Made by a program: the position numbers and the translations under genes. The notes below the pieces were generated by a model, which saw only the letters and a program-made list of their open reading frames with translations, was not told the DNA's origin and searched no databases. From Gemmatimonadota bacterium (lineage in GTDB: Bacteria; Gemmatimonadota; Gemmatimonadetes; Palauibacterales; Palauibacteraceae), in contig OY762926.1 of NCBI GenBank assembly GCA_963666735.1, positions 3,616,001-3,680,000 of the forward strand: DNA of 64,000 nt, given 5' to 3'. Positions 61,779 through 64,000 of the stretch are shown in pieces (the stretch's first letter is position 1; each line of letters begins with the position of its first letter).

Positions 61779-63094
61779 CACTCGAACTCCGCGTCGATGC
61801 GGCGGGCCACGTCCGAGGCGCTCGATGCGAGGGGTTCTCCGCGCACCAGGCGGCGGTCCATGATCTCCACCGCCAGCGCCTCGATACGGGAGAAATCGCG
61901 CACCCGCGCGCCCCACGTCATCCGGGCGCCCTCCACCAGCGCGATGAACGCATCCTCGATTCCCGTGCCCTCCGCCGCGGCGATCTCCGCCGCCACGTCC
62001 ATGCGCGAGGGGATGGCGAGTCCTGACCGCGCCCGGACGCGCTGCGCTTCGGGCGAGGCGAGGAAGCCGGCCAGATCGATGGCCCGCCGCAGGTTCGGCG
62101 CGTTGGGCGGCACGGCCCACCCGGACGCGTACAGCACGCTGGTCGCCGCTGTGCGCGAGGGATGGTGCGGAATGGGGAGGATGGCCAGGTCCAGGGCGCC
62201 CGCCTCCACCAAATCCCGGAACACGGGGAGCGTCCAGTGGCCGGAGAGCAGAAACGCCTGTCCGCCCGAGGCGAAGCGCGCCTCCCGCGCGGGGTCTCCC
62301 TGCTGGACGAACTGCGCGCCCGGCGTGAGGCCATCCTCCGCCAGGGCCGTGAGGAAACGGTACGCCTCCAGGGCTTCCGGCCCGTCCAGGTACCCCGCCG
62401 CGCGGCTGCCGCCGGGCGCCAGGATGTCCCCGCCCGCCGACCATACGAACGGCACCCATTGGTACAGGTTGCGCGGGAAGTCGAACCCGAACACGTCCTT
62501 CCGGCCGTCGCCGTCGGTGTCCGCGGTGACCGCCTCCGCGGCGCGCCGGAAGTCCGTCCAGGTCCAGCCGGGCGCGGGCAGAAGGTCCTCGACGCCCGCG
62601 GCGGCGAGCACGCTCCGGTTCGCGTACAGGACCATGGGCGTGAAGTCCTTCGGCAGCGCGAACATGGATCCGCCCCGGCGGAACGCGTCCGCCACCTGCC
62701 CGAACACGCTGTCCGGCCGAAATCCGAGCGCCTCCCGATATGGAGCGAGATCCAGCGCCAGCCCGCGCTCCACAAACGTGGGGATGTCGGGCGAGTCCAT
62801 GAGGTACACGTCTGGCGGACGCCCCGCCGCGATCGAGGTCAGCAGCCGCTCCTCGTAGCCGTTGGGCGCCGATTCGAGCACGACCCGCACGCCGGGGTGC
62901 AGAGCCTCGTAGCGGTCCGCGACCTGGCGTTCGATTTCCAGTTCGCGCCCTCCGGCCCAGAGGGCTACGCGCAGCACGGCGTCGGACCCGTCGGGGGCGC
63001 AGGCGACCGCCGAGAGAACGGCCGTGGCCAGGATGGCGGCGCGGCTGGCGACCGCTCGAGGCGACCGGCTTGCCCGCGGCCGGGGACTCGTCAT
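61775..63094 (-). CDS. Sugar ABC transporter substrate-binding lipoprotein
   Basis: Lipobox AVAC, AAGRPPDV, ALPKDF..LYAN, WTWTDF. Confidence 0.9.
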   Translation of the reverse strand: MTSPRPRASRSPRAVASRAAILATAVLSAVACAPDGSDAVLRVALWAGGRELEIERQVADRYEALHPGVRVVLESAPNGYEERLLTSIAAGRPPDVYLMDSPDIPTFVERGLALDLAPYREALGFRPDSVFGQVADAFRRGGSMFALPKDFTPMVLYANRSVLAAAGVEDLLPAPGWTWTDFRRAAEAVTADTDGDGRKDVFGFDFPRNLYQWVPFVWSAGGDILAPGGSRAAGYLDGPEALEAYRFLTALAEDGLTPGAQFVQQGDPAREARFASGGQAFLLSGHWTLPVFRDLVEAGALDLAILPIPHHPSRTAATSVLYASGWAVPPNAPNLRRAIDLAGFLASPEAQRVRARSGLAIPSRMDVAAEIAAAEGTGIEDAFIALVEGARMTWGARVRDFSRIEALAVEIMDRRLVRGEPLASSASDVARRIDAEFEW

Positions 63095-63099
63095 TGCGC

Positions 63100-64000
63100 T
63101 TACGGCCGGCTCATCGGCCGCGGCGCGGCGGCGTCGCGGCGGCCATCCGGACCGAACAGGTGGCTGCGCTCCCACGCGACCGAGACGCTCACCCGGTCGC
63201 CGGGAGCGATCCGGAGGGCGGGGGACGCCCGCGCCACCCACGCCGCCTCGCCGGGGCCGTCCATGTGCACGCGCTGTTCGCTCCCCAGCGCCTCGACGCG
63301 GAGCACGGTGGCCCGGAAGTCGGCGGCCTCGCGATCCCCGCCGGGCCCGCCGCCATCTCTCCTTGCAGCCACGGCGAGGTCTTCGGGGCGCACCGCCAGC
63401 GTGCCGCGGCCGACACCCGCCGGCGCGCGGATCGCGAACGGACCACCGGCGAGGCGACCCCCTTCGCCGCGGTCCAGGGCGATGCGGTTGATGGGCGGCG
63501 ATCCCACGAAGCCCGCCACGAACAGGTTGCCCGGCCGGCGGTAGACTTCATCCGGCGTGCCCACCTGCTGGAGCCGGCCGCGATCCATCACCGCGACCCG
63601 CTGGCCCAGCGAGAGCGCTTCCACCTGGTCGTGCGTCACGAAGATCATCGTCGTGCCGAGGCGCCGGTGCAGGGCGGCGATCTCGTCCCGGGTCCGCAAC
63701 CGCAGTTCCGCGTCGAGGTTCGAGAGCGGCTCGTCGAACAGGAACACGCCCGGATTGCGGACCATGGCCCGTCCCAGAGCCACCCGTTGGCGCTGTCCGC
63801 CGGACAGCTCGCCGGGCTTCCGCAACAGGAGTTCGGCGAGCCCCAGAACGGCGGCCGTCTCCGAGACGCGCCGCTCGATCTCGTCGCGCGGGGCGCCGCG
63901 CACGCGAAGGCCGAAGCCGAGATTCCCGGCCACGGTCATGTGCGGGTAGAGGGCGTAGCTCTGGAACACCATGGCTACGTCCCGGGCCCCCGGCTCGATG
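63100..64000 (-). CDS. Sugar ABC transporter ATPase (MalK/UgpC-like), 5'-truncated by window edge
   Basis: MVFQSYALYPHM, LSGGQRQRVALGRA, LFDEPLSNLD, VTHDQ. Confidence 0.95.
   Translation of the reverse strand, partial: IEPGARDVAMVFQSYALYPHMTVAGNLGFGLRVRGAPRDEIERRVSETAAVLGLAELLLRKPGELSGGQRQRVALGRAMVRNPGVFLFDEPLSNLDAELRLRTRDEIAALHRRLGTTMIFVTHDQVEALSLGQRVAVMDRGRLQQVGTPDEVYRRPGNLFVAGFVGSPPINRIALDRGEGGRLAGGPFAIRAPAGVGRGTLAVRPEDLAVAARRDGGGPGGDREAADFRATVLRVEALGSEQRVHMDGPGEAAWVARASPALRIAPGDRVSVSVAWERSHLFGPDGRRDAAAPRPMSRP

Overview
High-GC bacterial chromosomal window. The lineage is not determinable without a marker gene; gene content is compatible with Gemmatimonadota, but that is inference only. 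1-6.1 kb: housekeeping operon (amidase, pyrK-pyrD, AmgK-like kinase fused to a RapZ-C-like domain, MurU-like transferase, quinone oxidoreductase). 6.2-31 kb: a ~25 kb defence island with no visible integrase. Its minus-strand backbone is HTH-SNF2-DUF3883 helicase / DUF1156 methylase / DUF499 ATPase. Interleaved are a 5mC MTase, a translationally coupled HerA + Zn-ribbon NurA-like nuclease + SPPY MTase module, an ABC ATPase + PIN pair and a PD-(D/E)xK nuclease split by an IS1380. A convergent NYN + NACHT pair sits at the left end. 31-45 kb: Ubl + beta-propeller pair, DUF72, rhomboid, an IS1182 inserted at the rhomboid stop codon, a leuB-ilvD-ilvB-ilvN-ilvC operon ending in an apparent leuC'-'leuD deletion chimera, TPP riboswitch + thiC, and an IS110 remnant. 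45-64 kb: IS3, acyl-CoA dehydrogenase, MFS transporter, and a minus-strand carbohydrate locus (ABC transporter, GH63-like hydrolase, nucleotidyltransferase-galactokinase fusion, DUF5107-TPR protein). No rRNA, tRNA or CRISPR array was recognised. All family calls are by motif recognition, not database search.
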